This document shows, piece after piece, positions 39,449 through 49,626 of a stretch of 64,000 nt of DNA. Each line of letters starts with the position of its first letter. Position 1 is the stretch's first letter. Position numbers and translations under genes: made by a program. The stretch is from Myxococcota bacterium (lineage in GTDB: Bacteria > Myxococcota_A > UBA796 > GCA-2862545): positions 1-64,000 of the forward strand of contig JBCCQY010000003.1 in the NCBI GenBank assembly GCA_039208735.1, written 5' to 3'. A model generated the notes under the pieces. It saw only the letters and a list, made by a program, of their open reading frames with translations. It had not been told where the DNA came from and made no database searches.

Positions 39449-40009
39449 GCTGCCACGCTCCCGAGCCCCAGCGAGCCACCGGCCGTGGCCACATCGCGAC
39501 CCGAAGTCCCCTCGCGCGACGCCTCGCTACGAGCGTGGCTCGACGTTCTCAACCCCGAGTTGACACTGCGAGCGCCCAAGGAGATCCTGCGGCGTATCGA
39601 CGAGCAACAGGTGCGCATCGTTGGCACTCCTTCTCCCCCCGTGCTTCGTGAAGCCCTCGAGATGGCGGCAAAGCTCTGTAGCTACGAGTTGTCGTGGCTG
39701 TTTCACTTTGCGACTTTCCATCACGTCATTGTCGAGTGCATGGACCCGCCTCCGCTCGGATGCACGACGAAGCCCGGTGAACTCATCATTCTCTACTTCG
39801 TGCCTGTGCCGTCGCAGAGAGTCAGCGAGGTCATCAGATGGCTTTCACAATACGACCCCCAGGTGGATTTGCGTGCCGCCGGGCTGGCGAGCGAAGGCAT
39901 CATGATTCTGGCCGAGCCGCACGGCCGGGTGCAGAAGATTGAGCGTACAGCAGTGGACCTCCGTCGGTGGGTCGAATCACAGTCCCCACTCCATCCAGAA
40001 GGCGAATAG
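39398..40009 (+). CDS. Hypothetical lipoprotein, weakly resembling secretin N-domains
   Basis: GGAGG upstream of TTG; TLSC lipobox. Confidence 0.5.
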   Translation: MGLVFLFLGTLSCSNHRAATLPSPSEPPAVATSRPEVPSRDASLRAWLDVLNPELTLRAPKEILRRIDEQQVRIVGTPSPPVLREALEMAAKLCSYELSWLFHFATFHHVIVECMDPPPLGCTTKPGELIILYFVPVPSQRVSEVIRWLSQYDPQVDLRAAGLASEGIMILAEPHGRVQKIERTAVDLRRWVESQSPLHPEGE

Positions 40010-40212
40010 CGGGCACTTCGCACAGGCCGACACAGCGGTCGAAGTCGCTGATGGCGAGTTTCAAGGTTGCCTTGGCTTCGAAGATGCAGTCCCACTTGAG
40101 GGGCGAACCTAATGGGTCGACGTGGAGATCAAAGCTGATGGAAAACAACATCTTCAGGAATACGCGTGGTTCACAACGTCGCGAGTTCGACGCCAGGCCT
40201 TCGAAGCACGTA

Positions 40213-40413
40213 GCATAAACCGATAGTTTCATCATCGACCGAGCCAGCTTTACAGTAACTTTGATGGCACACTGTTCTCAGAAAATTGAATCCCAGCGGT
40301 CAGGTTGGCTGGCGCAAATTTCGGGGTAAGGAATCGAAGGCTCGGAACGTGGAAGTGTCAGGTTGGGTCAAGTTTTTCTTTTCCTCGGGGCCTTGTCGTG
40401 CTCGAGCCACCGG
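40213..40413 (+). repeat. Diverged ~200-bp direct repeat, copy 2, running into a 51-codon truncated paralogous ORF (40363-40518)
   Basis: MGQVFLFLGALSCSSHR versus MGLVFLFLGTLSCSNHR in copy 1. Confidence 0.88.
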
Positions 40414-40637
40414 TCCGTGGCGACAGCCAATCACGAGCACGGTCGCCTGGGCATCGTCGATGGCGCGGCGGCTCCGCGCGAGCCACCGGCTCGGGCCGGA
40501 GCATGGTCCGATTATTAAGGTGTTGGGCTTGGGTTACGACGACCGGCGGAAATTGATCCCACTCTAACCTGGCCAATAGTCGAAGGGTGGCGGCTCATTC
40601 CAGCACTGCTACGGCCACCCCTTCATCGTGAACACGC

Positions 40638-41543
40638 TCATCGGACACGCTCCAACGTGACGATCTCGCCGGCGGGGCTCTCGATGGTCGGCGTCGACGT
40701 GCCACGGGCGACGTCGTCGACCCGGAAGACTTGGCTCGAGCCGCCATTGCTGGCGAGGACGGGCACGTAGGCGATGTCATCGACAACAAAGGCGTCGAAG
40801 GGATTCGTGCCGGTCAGCGGCGCGTCTCGCAGGACGGTCGTCTCGCCGCCGGGGAGCGTCAGCACAGACCATCGCCACAGTTCGCCGTTGATGAACCGAA
40901 TGAGGTCCAGGACGTTGCTCGGGTCGAACGAAGACGGCTCTTCTTCATCGTCGTAGACCATAGTCAAGAAACGACCTTCTCCGATGCCCACCGGCCCGTT
41001 CGCCACGAATGGCCGCCCGGTCGATTCGGCCAGGTTCAGGTAGAAATCGGGATCGAACTGCTCTTCGCCTTCACGAATCCGCACGAGGCACGGCGGTGGC
41101 AGATCCGGCTCGACGAGATTCCCTGCTCCGTCGCCTCCCTCCCCGACCAGATAGAACGCGCCGTCGTGGGCGAATCCACGATGACCGTAGGCGCACCGTG
41201 CGTCTTCCACCACCCGCAGCAGACGCTCTTCGGAGACCCAAAAGACCGCTACCGTGACGGACGGGATTAGATCGATGGTGTCGATGTTCGCCCAGGCCAG
41301 CGAGACGTACAGCTCGTCTCCCACGAGGACCGGCGGGCTGAATCGTGGCCCCGGAAAGCCCTCCCGCTGCATGTCTGGACCGTCGATGGCCCCGACGAGC
41401 TCCATCGCCTCTGGGTCAAAGACGATCAGCTGCCCGCTGAAGTCGAAGTAGAAGGCGCGAGTCGGTGACAAGAAGGTCGTCGTGTCGTTGGAGCTGGTGA
41501 CCCCCAAGTTGGCCATGCTGAGGCGGGCTTCTTCTTCGACCTG
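40638..41543 (-). pseudogene. N-terminally truncated MxcI-like beta-propeller protein
   Basis: RLSMANLGV, FLSPTRA, VFDP..ME..G.I, C.VRI..GE..FDPDF; no signal peptide; frame is open only up to the stop codon of the upstream gene. Confidence 0.5.
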
Positions 41544-42080
41544 CTAGCGCTTCGGAAGCTTGCGGACGAGTCGAATGGGGATCGACCGCTCCATCTCGCC
41601 AATCACGAGCGTGCAGGTTTGCCGTGCTGCGGGATTGAGCGTCTTGAACCAAAATTTCCCGTCCTCAATCGCGCAACGTCCGGCCGGCAGAATCCCGGCC
41701 GCGTCGGGGTGATTGACACGGTACGCGGCCTGGAGCACCGACACGTTGCGCACCAGGGACACGCCATTCCAGATGGTCTCACTAGGATCAAAGGCGGCAA
41801 CGGGGCGAATGCGCACCGTGGCCTCGGGCGGACCGCAACTCAACGGAGGGACTTGGTCGGGCCACTGCTTCGTATTGAGCGTGACACAAGCAAACAGCAT
41901 GCCGTCACGGACCTCGCAGCCGAGTGTGAACTCCTCCATTTCGCTTTGGGAGAAGCTGTTGGGCAACGTCGACGGTAATTCCACACAGACTCGATCCGGT
42001 TTGTCGAACAGGCGCTCGGTGGGAAAAGGCACATCGATCACGATCGGCGCAGCCAGCGCCGTGGAGAACAACACGATCAT
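41544..42080 (-). CDS. Hypothetical secreted Cys-containing protein
   Basis: MIVLFSTALA signal; ATGA overlap with upstream gene. Confidence 0.65.
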   Translation of the reverse strand: MIVLFSTALAAPIVIDVPFPTERLFDKPDRVCVELPSTLPNSFSQSEMEEFTLGCEVRDGMLFACVTLNTKQWPDQVPPLSCGPPEATVRIRPVAAFDPSETIWNGVSLVRNVSVLQAAYRVNHPDAAGILPAGRCAIEDGKFWFKTLNPAARQTCTLVIGEMERSIPIRLVRKLPKR

Positions 42081-43123
42081 GGGGCAGAATCCTGCAGGGT
42101 GACCCACGGCACGAATCCCTGCCGGGGCCGGTTGGGCGGACTCACCTGCGTGGTCGGGCCGAGCCTCACCCCTTCGTTTTCCTTCAGGCGTCGCAGGCGT
42201 CCCGAGCGCAGTATTGACGTGGCCCCCGAGCCCTGGACGGTCCACACGCGTTCCCGAACCCCGCGCAGCTTAGGGTCGAAGTCCGCCACCGCGTGAAGCT
42301 CAAGCTCCCCCTGCATGGTGACTTCGATGGTCGGGGACCCCGCACCCTCCTCGGGTAGGAACCGCGCCTGAACCTCGTCGTAGCCCTCCCAAATCCCGTT
42401 CTTGCGGGCTGACGTTGCGCCGGGCACATCGCGGCCATCTTGAGTTCTTAGGCCGGTGACGACCTTTCGCATGGTGCCGGCAAGGGTCTGAATCAGGTAG
42501 CGACCTTCGAACAGGTTTGCGTAGTGAGAACCGGTTTCGAAGCCGAAGGTACCTTCCGCAACATGCAACGTGAGGAGCGGTTCCTCGAAGGTGTTCCAGT
42601 GACGTCCGTCCTGCCATCCATCGGAAGGCAGTTCGAGGTGGAACGCGGAGATGGCGGGCCCGAGCAGCAATGCCGTCAATCCGGATCGCTCTGGTTGTTC
42701 CTTTGCAATGGTGACGGTCCCGGAGTCGCGAACCCGGAGTCGCAACGCACTGGAGAGCATCTTCGCCCGCGCGCGCGTGAGCATGGTGTTGACCATTCGG
42801 CGGTCCCGGGGACGCTGCCATTGGTTGTACGTGACCACTCGCACCGCGGCGTCCTCGATGGTGCAGCGCACGACTCCGCCGACGCCGCGCTTCTTCTCCA
42901 CGGTGCACCGCAGCACCGCTTCGGCTTGCCATGCGGGTGCCCACACCTGTTCGCCCTCCAACAACAGGAGCATCGGCGAATCGAGATCGATGGTTTCACT
43001 GGCGACCAACCAACGGGTGTCTTGCCACGGCGAAAGGGCGTCGCCATAGACGATGATCTCGGCATCGGCGGGCTCCTGGCCCCACGCGGTCAGTCCCCAG
43101 AGTGCCGTCACCACTCCCAACAT
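42077..43123 (-). CDS. Hypothetical secreted protein
   Basis: Signal-like N-terminus followed by EIIVYG; GGGGGG upstream of ATG. Confidence 0.65.
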   Translation of the reverse strand: MLGVVTALWGLTAWGQEPADAEIIVYGDALSPWQDTRWLVASETIDLDSPMLLLLEGEQVWAPAWQAEAVLRCTVEKKRGVGGVVRCTIEDAAVRVVTYNQWQRPRDRRMVNTMLTRARAKMLSSALRLRVRDSGTVTIAKEQPERSGLTALLLGPAISAFHLELPSDGWQDGRHWNTFEEPLLTLHVAEGTFGFETGSHYANLFEGRYLIQTLAGTMRKVVTGLRTQDGRDVPGATSARKNGIWEGYDEVQARFLPEEGAGSPTIEVTMQGELELHAVADFDPKLRGVRERVWTVQGSGATSILRSGRLRRLKENEGVRLGPTTQVSPPNRPRQGFVPWVTLQDSAP

Positions 43124-43209
43124 GGTCCCCCCACGGAAGGGTACGACGGATGACGCCCCCGTTAAGCCGGCTCCTCCCAGGAGGTGCCCGGTTCGGGGAT
43201 CGTCGCAGA

Positions 43210-44748
43210 TTACCGCGCGCGCAATTCCCGGCGCAAGATCTTTCCGCTGGCGGACTTCGGGATGACCTCGATGAACTCGACGTCGCTTACCTGCTTGTAG
43301 CTGGCCACGTGCGAGGCCACGAAGGCCTGGACCGCCTCGGCCGTGAGCTCCACTCCCGCCGAGGGCACCACGAAGGCCTTGACCCGTTCGCCCGCTTCTT
43401 CGTCGGGAACGCCGATGATAGCGACATCGGCCACTTCGGGCATAGTGATGATGAGGGCCTCGAGTTCTGCAGGCGGAACCTGGAACCCCTTGACCTTGAT
43501 GAGTTCCTTGAGCCGGTCGACGATGAAGAAGTGGCCTTCGTCGTCGACAATCGCGACGTCGCCGGTGTGCAGCCAACCCTCGGCATCGATGGTCGCGCGC
43601 GTGGCTTCCTCGTTGTTGAGGTAGCCCTTCATGACCTGCGGGCCTCGAATCCACAGTTCGCCTCGTTCGCCCAGGGGAACATCCTGCCCGTCGTCACCGA
43701 TGATGCGCGCTTCGGTGCTGGCCACGAGTTTTCCGGCCGACCCCGCTTTGAACGCGTCGTCCGGGACGATGTGCGACACGGGCGACAGCTCGGTCATGCC
43801 GTAGCCCTGCCGGATGGGGCAGCCCATTCGCTTGCCGGCCGCCTCCGAAAGTTCTGCTCCCAACGGCGCAGCCCCCGACAAGATGTGGGTCACCGACGTC
43901 ATGTCGTATTCGTCGATGAGCGGATGTTTGGCCAACGCAAGCGCGATGGGCGGCACGACGTAGAGGTGGGTGAGCCGCTGGTTTTGCGTCAGCTCGAGCA
44001 TCTGCTGCAGATCGAAGCGCGGCACCGTGACCGCGGTAGCCCCTTCCGCCAAGGTGAGGTTCATGAGGATGGTCATGCCGTAGATGTGGAAGAACGGCAG
44101 CGCAGCGAAGATCTTGTCGTTTTCCTTCATCGCGAGCGATCGGACGGACTGCGCCAGGTTGGCCACGAGGTTGCGGTGGGTGAGCATCACGCCCTTCGGG
44201 AATCCCGTGGTCCCCGAAGAGTAAGGTAAAACCACCACATCTTCGGAGGGGCGCACCGGAGCTTGGGTGGTCAAGGTCTCGCCCATCAACTCGGTGAACG
44301 AGGGCGCATCGCCTTCTCCGATCAGGTAGATCTGGTCGATGCCCGCTTGAGCCGCCGCCGCCTTGGCGGTTTCGAGGAACATCTGCACGGTCACGATGCC
44401 CGATGCGCCAGAGTCCTTAAGCTGGTAGGCGATTTCGTCAGGGCCGTACGTAGGGTTCAGCGTCGTGACCGTTGCGCCCGCATACGCAAGCCCATGAAAG
44501 ATGATGGGGTATTCCGGCAGGTTTGGCGACATGAGCGCCCAGGTGGTTCCTTTGCCCACTCCGCGCGCCTTGAGTCCTCCGGCGAGGTGGCGAATCGCGA
44601 TGGCCATCTCGCCGTAGGTGATTTGTCGACCGGTGGGACCGTCGATGAACGCAGGCTTCGAGGCGAGACGCGATGCGTGCCGCAAGACGTAGTCAGTGAT
44701 CGATACGTCGGGGATGGTCACGGTCTGCGTGCCGGTCAGAATCGCCAA
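43210..44748 (-). CDS. 4-coumarate--CoA ligase-like AMP-dependent acyl-CoA synthetase
   Basis: LPYSSGTTGFPKGVMLTH, LPFFHIYG, QGYGMTE, GWLHTGD, VDRLKELIK.KGFQV.PAELE, PKSASGKILRR. Confidence 0.93.
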   Translation of the reverse strand: MAILTGTQTVTIPDVSITDYVLRHASRLASKPAFIDGPTGRQITYGEMAIAIRHLAGGLKARGVGKGTTWALMSPNLPEYPIIFHGLAYAGATVTTLNPTYGPDEIAYQLKDSGASGIVTVQMFLETAKAAAAQAGIDQIYLIGEGDAPSFTELMGETLTTQAPVRPSEDVVVLPYSSGTTGFPKGVMLTHRNLVANLAQSVRSLAMKENDKIFAALPFFHIYGMTILMNLTLAEGATAVTVPRFDLQQMLELTQNQRLTHLYVVPPIALALAKHPLIDEYDMTSVTHILSGAAPLGAELSEAAGKRMGCPIRQGYGMTELSPVSHIVPDDAFKAGSAGKLVASTEARIIGDDGQDVPLGERGELWIRGPQVMKGYLNNEEATRATIDAEGWLHTGDVAIVDDEGHFFIVDRLKELIKVKGFQVPPAELEALIITMPEVADVAIIGVPDEEAGERVKAFVVPSAGVELTAEAVQAFVASHVASYKQVSDVEFIEVIPKSASGKILRRELRAR

Positions 44749-44806
44749 AATTGCCTCCCGATGGTGGTCCCTTCATCATACCGATCCCGCGGGAGGCGTT
44801 GCCGGA

Positions 44807-46786
44807 TCAGGGCCGGAAGGTCATGCCGAGCGGCTGGTTGATGCCGGGGAACTGCGGCTGAGTGAGACCCAGCGCCTCTGTGCCATCGGGCTCCCAAGCA
44901 CTGATCAAGCTGGCGGAGGCTTCGAGGACGTACAGACGGTTCGTCAGCGGATCGAAGTGCAGGTCGATCGGATCGGCGAGGCCCTCGATGGGGTTGGCCA
45001 GATCGATCGTGCGGCCTTGCCCATCGAACACATGAATGCGATCCGTTCCTTCATCTGCGACGTAGATGCGATCGAGGCTTGCATCAACCGCGATTGCCCG
45101 CGGCTCGACAAGCCCCTCGAACGTCCCTTCGAAGGGGAGGGGATTGGCGCGCTTGTCCCACCCGAAGACCGCGCCGTAGTCGCCCGGAGGCCCATTCACG
45201 ACGCCCACGACAAGAAGCCGTTCGTTGGCATCGTCATAAATCCCATCCCACCCCAAGATGTAGTAGTAGCCATCTGGAATCTCGGCCGTGAAGTTGAGGT
45301 TGAGCGGATAGCCGTCCGAAGTCCAGCCCCGAGCGAGGTCGAGCGAGTCGCGCGCACCCGACGACATGTCTCCAATCACGTAGAGGCGAGCATTGCTCGC
45401 ATCGTAGGTCAGGCCTCGGACCACCGTGTCCACCGAAAAGTCGTTCCCGCCGTGCGCGACAGGGGGGGTGGGCCGTGAGCCATCGGCCTCGAAGATGTCG
45501 AGGAAGTTGACCACCCCATTGTCGGACAACACATACAGTCGGTCGTTGAGGCTGTCGTGGGCGATGTCACGCCCCGTCGAGGCGCCCATTGCCTCGCTAC
45601 CGAGGTCTGCGCGGGTGCCGTCGGGGTAGTAGCCGCTCGTGTAGCCGTTGCCGCCGCTGTTCAGCACGTAGACGTTGGCGAAGCCGTTCGGGCTACACGT
45701 GGTGAGGCCATATTCGGCCGTTTCGCCGATTTTGACAATATTTCCGTGCAAATCTTTCAGCGTGTAGCCAATCGGCACCGAACTCGTCACCACCGAAGAG
45801 CCACGGAAGAACGCCGAAGGGTCCCCCTTGCGGATGAGGGCTTCGACGCCTTCTTCGCTGCCCCCGAGGGTCACCACCTTGATCGAGGACCCGGCCAGCA
45901 ACGACGACTGTTCAGCGGACAGCCCCACGGAGCCGCCCCCCGAAAAGCTATTGAACGAGGCCGAAAGGGCGCCCTTGAGGTCGGACATCGATTCGGTTGA
46001 CGAGGCCGAGAACATCATGATCTGGCCGTAGGTGACGCTGGAAACGTAGACGGGCAGGTTGTTCTCGGACAACCGCCCGAGGTCGACCTGCTCCTGTAGA
46101 TCCCGCTCGGACAGACCATCGAAGAAGGCGCTCGGCGTGGTCGGTGGGTCGACCGAAACCGTGAAGGTGCGAATCGTGGCGTTGGCGGCGACCGTGTTGG
46201 TCTCTGAACTGGTGTCGTACGACAATGCGCCGGAAACGGATGCGCCGAGGTAGCGGGCCGAAAAGCCAAGGGCGAGTGCCGATTGTGAGTAGCTATAGGC
46301 CTCTTGTTGCTGGAAGAGCACGCTTTGGGTGGTGGGGACCTCGTCTCGGACGGCACCCGACAGTAGCGTGTTGATGGCGCTCGTCACTGCACTCGGGCTG
46401 GGTTCGACGTCGAATGCGGCGCTGTCTTGGGCGTACAGGCCAGAAATGGAGAGGTTCAGTGGGGTGCGGTTCGGCAGAGGAATCAGCTTGGGGCTTCCCG
46501 TTTCGTAGCTGTCGCCTTCGAGAAGTGCGCCAGGCCAGAACACCTGCGGATCGGCGTTGAACATCACCACCTCTTCTGGCGCATCGCCAATCGAGTAGGT
46601 GGTCGTGCTGCAAACCTGCGTTTCTTCGTACTCGAATTCGGCCGCCTCGGTGGCCCGGTCGAAGGGTTCCGGCGCCTCGGGAAAGTCGGGCAGCTGGTTC
46701 AGGTACGCACCTGCATCCTCGATGGACACGTTGGCGTTGTTGCAGCCAAGCAAGGCGAACACGAGCAGGGGAATAGCGGTGCGCAT
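44807..46786 (-). CDS. Thiol-activated cytolysin-like (CDC-like) lipoprotein with C-terminal NHL/YVTN-type beta-propeller
   Basis: LLGC lipobox; WPGALL.G.S, R.P..LSI, FTVSVD.P..P..FF, PVYVSSVTYG, VPI.Y.L..L; repeated D....RLYV blades. Confidence 0.8.
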   Translation of the reverse strand: MRTAIPLLVFALLGCNNANVSIEDAGAYLNQLPDFPEAPEPFDRATEAAEFEYEETQVCSTTTYSIGDAPEEVVMFNADPQVFWPGALLEGDSYETGSPKLIPLPNRTPLNLSISGLYAQDSAAFDVEPSPSAVTSAINTLLSGAVRDEVPTTQSVLFQQQEAYSYSQSALALGFSARYLGASVSGALSYDTSSETNTVAANATIRTFTVSVDPPTTPSAFFDGLSERDLQEQVDLGRLSENNLPVYVSSVTYGQIMMFSASSTESMSDLKGALSASFNSFSGGGSVGLSAEQSSLLAGSSIKVVTLGGSEEGVEALIRKGDPSAFFRGSSVVTSSVPIGYTLKDLHGNIVKIGETAEYGLTTCSPNGFANVYVLNSGGNGYTSGYYPDGTRADLGSEAMGASTGRDIAHDSLNDRLYVLSDNGVVNFLDIFEADGSRPTPPVAHGGNDFSVDTVVRGLTYDASNARLYVIGDMSSGARDSLDLARGWTSDGYPLNLNFTAEIPDGYYYILGWDGIYDDANERLLVVGVVNGPPGDYGAVFGWDKRANPLPFEGTFEGLVEPRAIAVDASLDRIYVADEGTDRIHVFDGQGRTIDLANPIEGLADPIDLHFDPLTNRLYVLEASASLISAWEPDGTEALGLTQPQFPGINQPLGMTFRP

Positions 46787-46893
46787 GGTGACTGGATCCG
46801 TGACGGGGTTCGTCGATCCAGTAGACGTGCTCGAGGTGGTGGGCACGACCCAGCGTGCAACAAAGCCTGTTGCATGCACTTGTTGCGTGCGGA

Positions 46894-48162
46894 TTAACAG
46901 CCTCGGCGGCGCGCTTCAGGGAAGGGCCCTTCGATGGCGATGGTCAGTCCAGGCGCCTGGATGTTGACGAAGAGCACTCGACCGTCGGGGCTGAAACACG
47001 CGCCCGCGAATTCGCTGAACCCACCCGCGAGTCGATTTCGGGCGAAGGGGTAAACCCGACCGTCGGGGCAGACGCCGCGCAGGTGGTTGTCGCCGAGCAG
47101 GTTGTCCTCACACACAATGAGGTCTCCCCACGGCGCGACCGTGAGGTTGTCGGGAAACAGCAGCCCCTCACCTTCTTCCGCCTGGGCGACGAGCGTGAGC
47201 GTCCCGCCATCGTCGGTTGGATCGAGGCGGAAGATCTGGCCCGAAGCGATCGGTCCCCCCGAGGTCGCGGTAAAGAAGACGGCCCGCTCGACCTCATCAA
47301 ACCAGATGCCTTCGCCACGCTTGACGATGGCGGCCCCGTTGGCCTGGGCCTGCGCTGCGGTGGGCTCCTTGGCCGCCGCAGAATCGGCGACATCCACCCA
47401 GCGCACCTCGAAGGTGTCGCCCACCGACAGATCCGTGCTCGTGTCGAACACGTCGCTCCCGACGATGGCCATCGCCTGGAGCTGTCCCACGAAGGGCTCG
47501 CGCTTGCGTTCGGGCACGAATCGATAGAACGCCCCGTCGCCTTCGTCTTCGGTGAGGTAGGCGATGCGGGTTCGGGGGTCGAGGGCGACGGCTTCGTGCT
47601 TGAAGCGGCCGTAGGCGTCGATGCGATCGGGGGCCTGCACGCCGGTCGCGTCCGTACGGCACAAGAACACCCAGCCATGCTCGGCATCTTCGAAGTCGGT
47701 CTCCTCGCAGGACAGCCAGCCCCATTCCGACGGGCCTCCTGCGCAATTGCGCAGCGTGCCCGTGAGCACGAGGTTGCTGGAGATCACGCTCGCATCGGCG
47801 GGGTTGAGCACGAGCCGCGACACGCCCCCCAGCGCTTTGGCGTCGTACGCTACGTCTGTCAGCGGGTTGTCGCCTCCCGACAACTCATGATTGCGCATGA
47901 GCACCCAGTTGCCGTCTTCGTCTTCGAAGCAGGCCATGCCGTCGGGAAGCGCCGGGACTCCTTCATCGTCTGACATCGTGTCGCCTGCGGTTTGCAACAC
48001 GGTGTAGGTAAAGCCCGCCGGAAGGTCGAGGACCCCCTCAGGATCCTCTTCGAGCGCTCCAAACCGGGCCTCTCCGTGAGCCTGGCGAGCCAGCGTGAGG
48101 GTCGCGGTCGACGCGGTCAAGATTGCGGCAGAGCGCAGAAAATCACGGCGCAACAAGGGCAT
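46894..48162 (-). CDS. phoX: PhoX/DUF839 family alkaline phosphatase (Tat-exported)
   Basis: RRDFL Tat motif; PDGMA.F, RNHE, NCAGG, WLSCEE, GRF.HEA, RGEG, PDN, SEFAG.CFSPDG..LFVNIQ.PG.T.AI.GP. Confidence 0.88.
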   Translation of the reverse strand: MPLLRRDFLRSAAILTASTATLTLARQAHGEARFGALEEDPEGVLDLPAGFTYTVLQTAGDTMSDDEGVPALPDGMACFEDEDGNWVLMRNHELSGGDNPLTDVAYDAKALGGVSRLVLNPADASVISSNLVLTGTLRNCAGGPSEWGWLSCEETDFEDAEHGWVFLCRTDATGVQAPDRIDAYGRFKHEAVALDPRTRIAYLTEDEGDGAFYRFVPERKREPFVGQLQAMAIVGSDVFDTSTDLSVGDTFEVRWVDVADSAAAKEPTAAQAQANGAAIVKRGEGIWFDEVERAVFFTATSGGPIASGQIFRLDPTDDGGTLTLVAQAEEGEGLLFPDNLTVAPWGDLIVCEDNLLGDNHLRGVCPDGRVYPFARNRLAGGFSEFAGACFSPDGRVLFVNIQAPGLTIAIEGPFPEARRRGC

Positions 48163-48276
48163 GTTCGAACTCCTCCGAACCACTGCGCTGACGGTAGCAA
48201 AGGGCTTGGGGAAATTCTTGTTGCGGATTTGGTGAATCTGCGGTCAGAGTGGGCGCCTCATGCAGGGGAAACCATC

Positions 48277-49626
48277 GTGATCTTCCATCTTGGCGCTGCG
48301 GCCCTGGCGCAGCCCGTCCTCGGAGTGACCCACCGAATACAGTATTTCCCGGCGGCTTTGCGGCAGAGTGCCTTTCACGCGACAATTGCTGCAGACCCGT
48401 TCGCCAACGAGCTCGTGGTGGTGGTGGAGTACCAGGGCGACTGGACGGTCGAGGAGTCCCAGCTTCGCGCCTTGCAGAACCAGGCAGGGTGGGGAACGGG
48501 GGTAGGTTGGACGTTTCGGGAGTTGTCGTCGCGGTTGCAGACCCGGGCCGGAGGGGTGGAGCGGGTTGCGCACTACCCCAGTGTTGCCGTGTGGCCGGGG
48601 AGTCGGGATGTGCTGGTCACGGGCAAGTGGCGCGATGCCTTTCTGGTCGGGCCTCAGCCGGCCCAACTGTGGGTGCAGAACTGGGCCCGGGCGGACTTTG
48701 TGAAGGCACCTGCGACCTTGCATTTCGTTTTGCCACCGGGTCGAGATGTCACCGATGATGCCGAGCATGGTCGTTCGAATTTGACGGTGGATTACCCTTG
48801 GTTTGCGAAGGGAGCGGACCGAGCACGGCTCGTGCTTACCTACGTCTCCCGGGTGGGCGACGACGATGCCTTCCTCAAGCAGAAAACGGCGGACCAACCT
48901 TGGTGGATTCGGAGCCCCGAACACGAGGTCCGAGCCACGGCCCACGAAGACGATCACCTTGTCAACGCGTTTTCTCGAGAGGGATGGGCGTTGACCGCAC
49001 TTCATTCCGACGGGATTCGGGTTCGGTTGAGTCGTGCCGATTCGTCGCGCCAGGGAGGCCTCGTGGTGCGTAACGACGTTTTGCTTCCTACCGCAGGGGT
49101 GGTCGATGCCGCGTTTCCCCTCGACTTTCCCACCATTGCCAGCGCACCACGTCAAGACCGAGACATCATCGTTGTGGCGGCGGAGCCGGCGCGTCCCCGA
49201 GGCATCGTGTGGTGGGCGTGTGAGACCGACGGGGCCACCGACCCCTGTGGGGTTGCGTCCGCATGGGGCGTACGTACGTTCGAGCGCTTCCGGCTGTCGG
49301 GCGCCCGGCGAAGCATGGCTCAGCCGGCGGTCTTGGGCATTCCGGGCCGGGGGGATGTCTACCTGTTCTATGAGACCGACGAAGGTGCCATCGCCGTGGC
49401 GGCGCGCTGTTGGGGTTCGGACGACTTCGCGTGGCAGGGGGTCATCGAGCGCCCGGAGGCGTATGGTTCGGCCAAGTTCAGTCGCCTACCCGGCTCGCCG
49501 GTGCCCGTGGTGGCCTGGACCCTCGACGAGGCCACGGTGGTGCTCCACCTGGTCTTTGTATCGGAGCACGACGACGGCTCTGTCGATGTCTTCCATGGGT
49601 ACGATCGGGGCTATTGCCCGCTGTGA
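48277..49626 (+). CDS. Hypothetical secreted protein, possibly beta-propeller
   Basis: Long ORF; short signal MIFHLGAAALA; recurring YP/FP/QP blade-like motifs. Confidence 0.6.
   Translation: MIFHLGAAALAQPVLGVTHRIQYFPAALRQSAFHATIAADPFANELVVVVEYQGDWTVEESQLRALQNQAGWGTGVGWTFRELSSRLQTRAGGVERVAHYPSVAVWPGSRDVLVTGKWRDAFLVGPQPAQLWVQNWARADFVKAPATLHFVLPPGRDVTDDAEHGRSNLTVDYPWFAKGADRARLVLTYVSRVGDDDAFLKQKTADQPWWIRSPEHEVRATAHEDDHLVNAFSREGWALTALHSDGIRVRLSRADSSRQGGLVVRNDVLLPTAGVVDAAFPLDFPTIASAPRQDRDIIVVAAEPARPRGIVWWACETDGATDPCGVASAWGVRTFERFRLSGARRSMAQPAVLGIPGRGDVYLFYETDEGAIAVAARCWGSDDFAWQGVIERPEAYGSAKFSRLPGSPVPVVAWTLDEATVVLHLVFVSEHDDGSVDVFHGYDRGYCPL

Noticed and set aside
40260..40325. Sigma-54 promoter (TGGCAC or TGGCGC)
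   Set aside because: No GC at the -12 position with correct spacing, and the GG is not conserved in repeat copy 1
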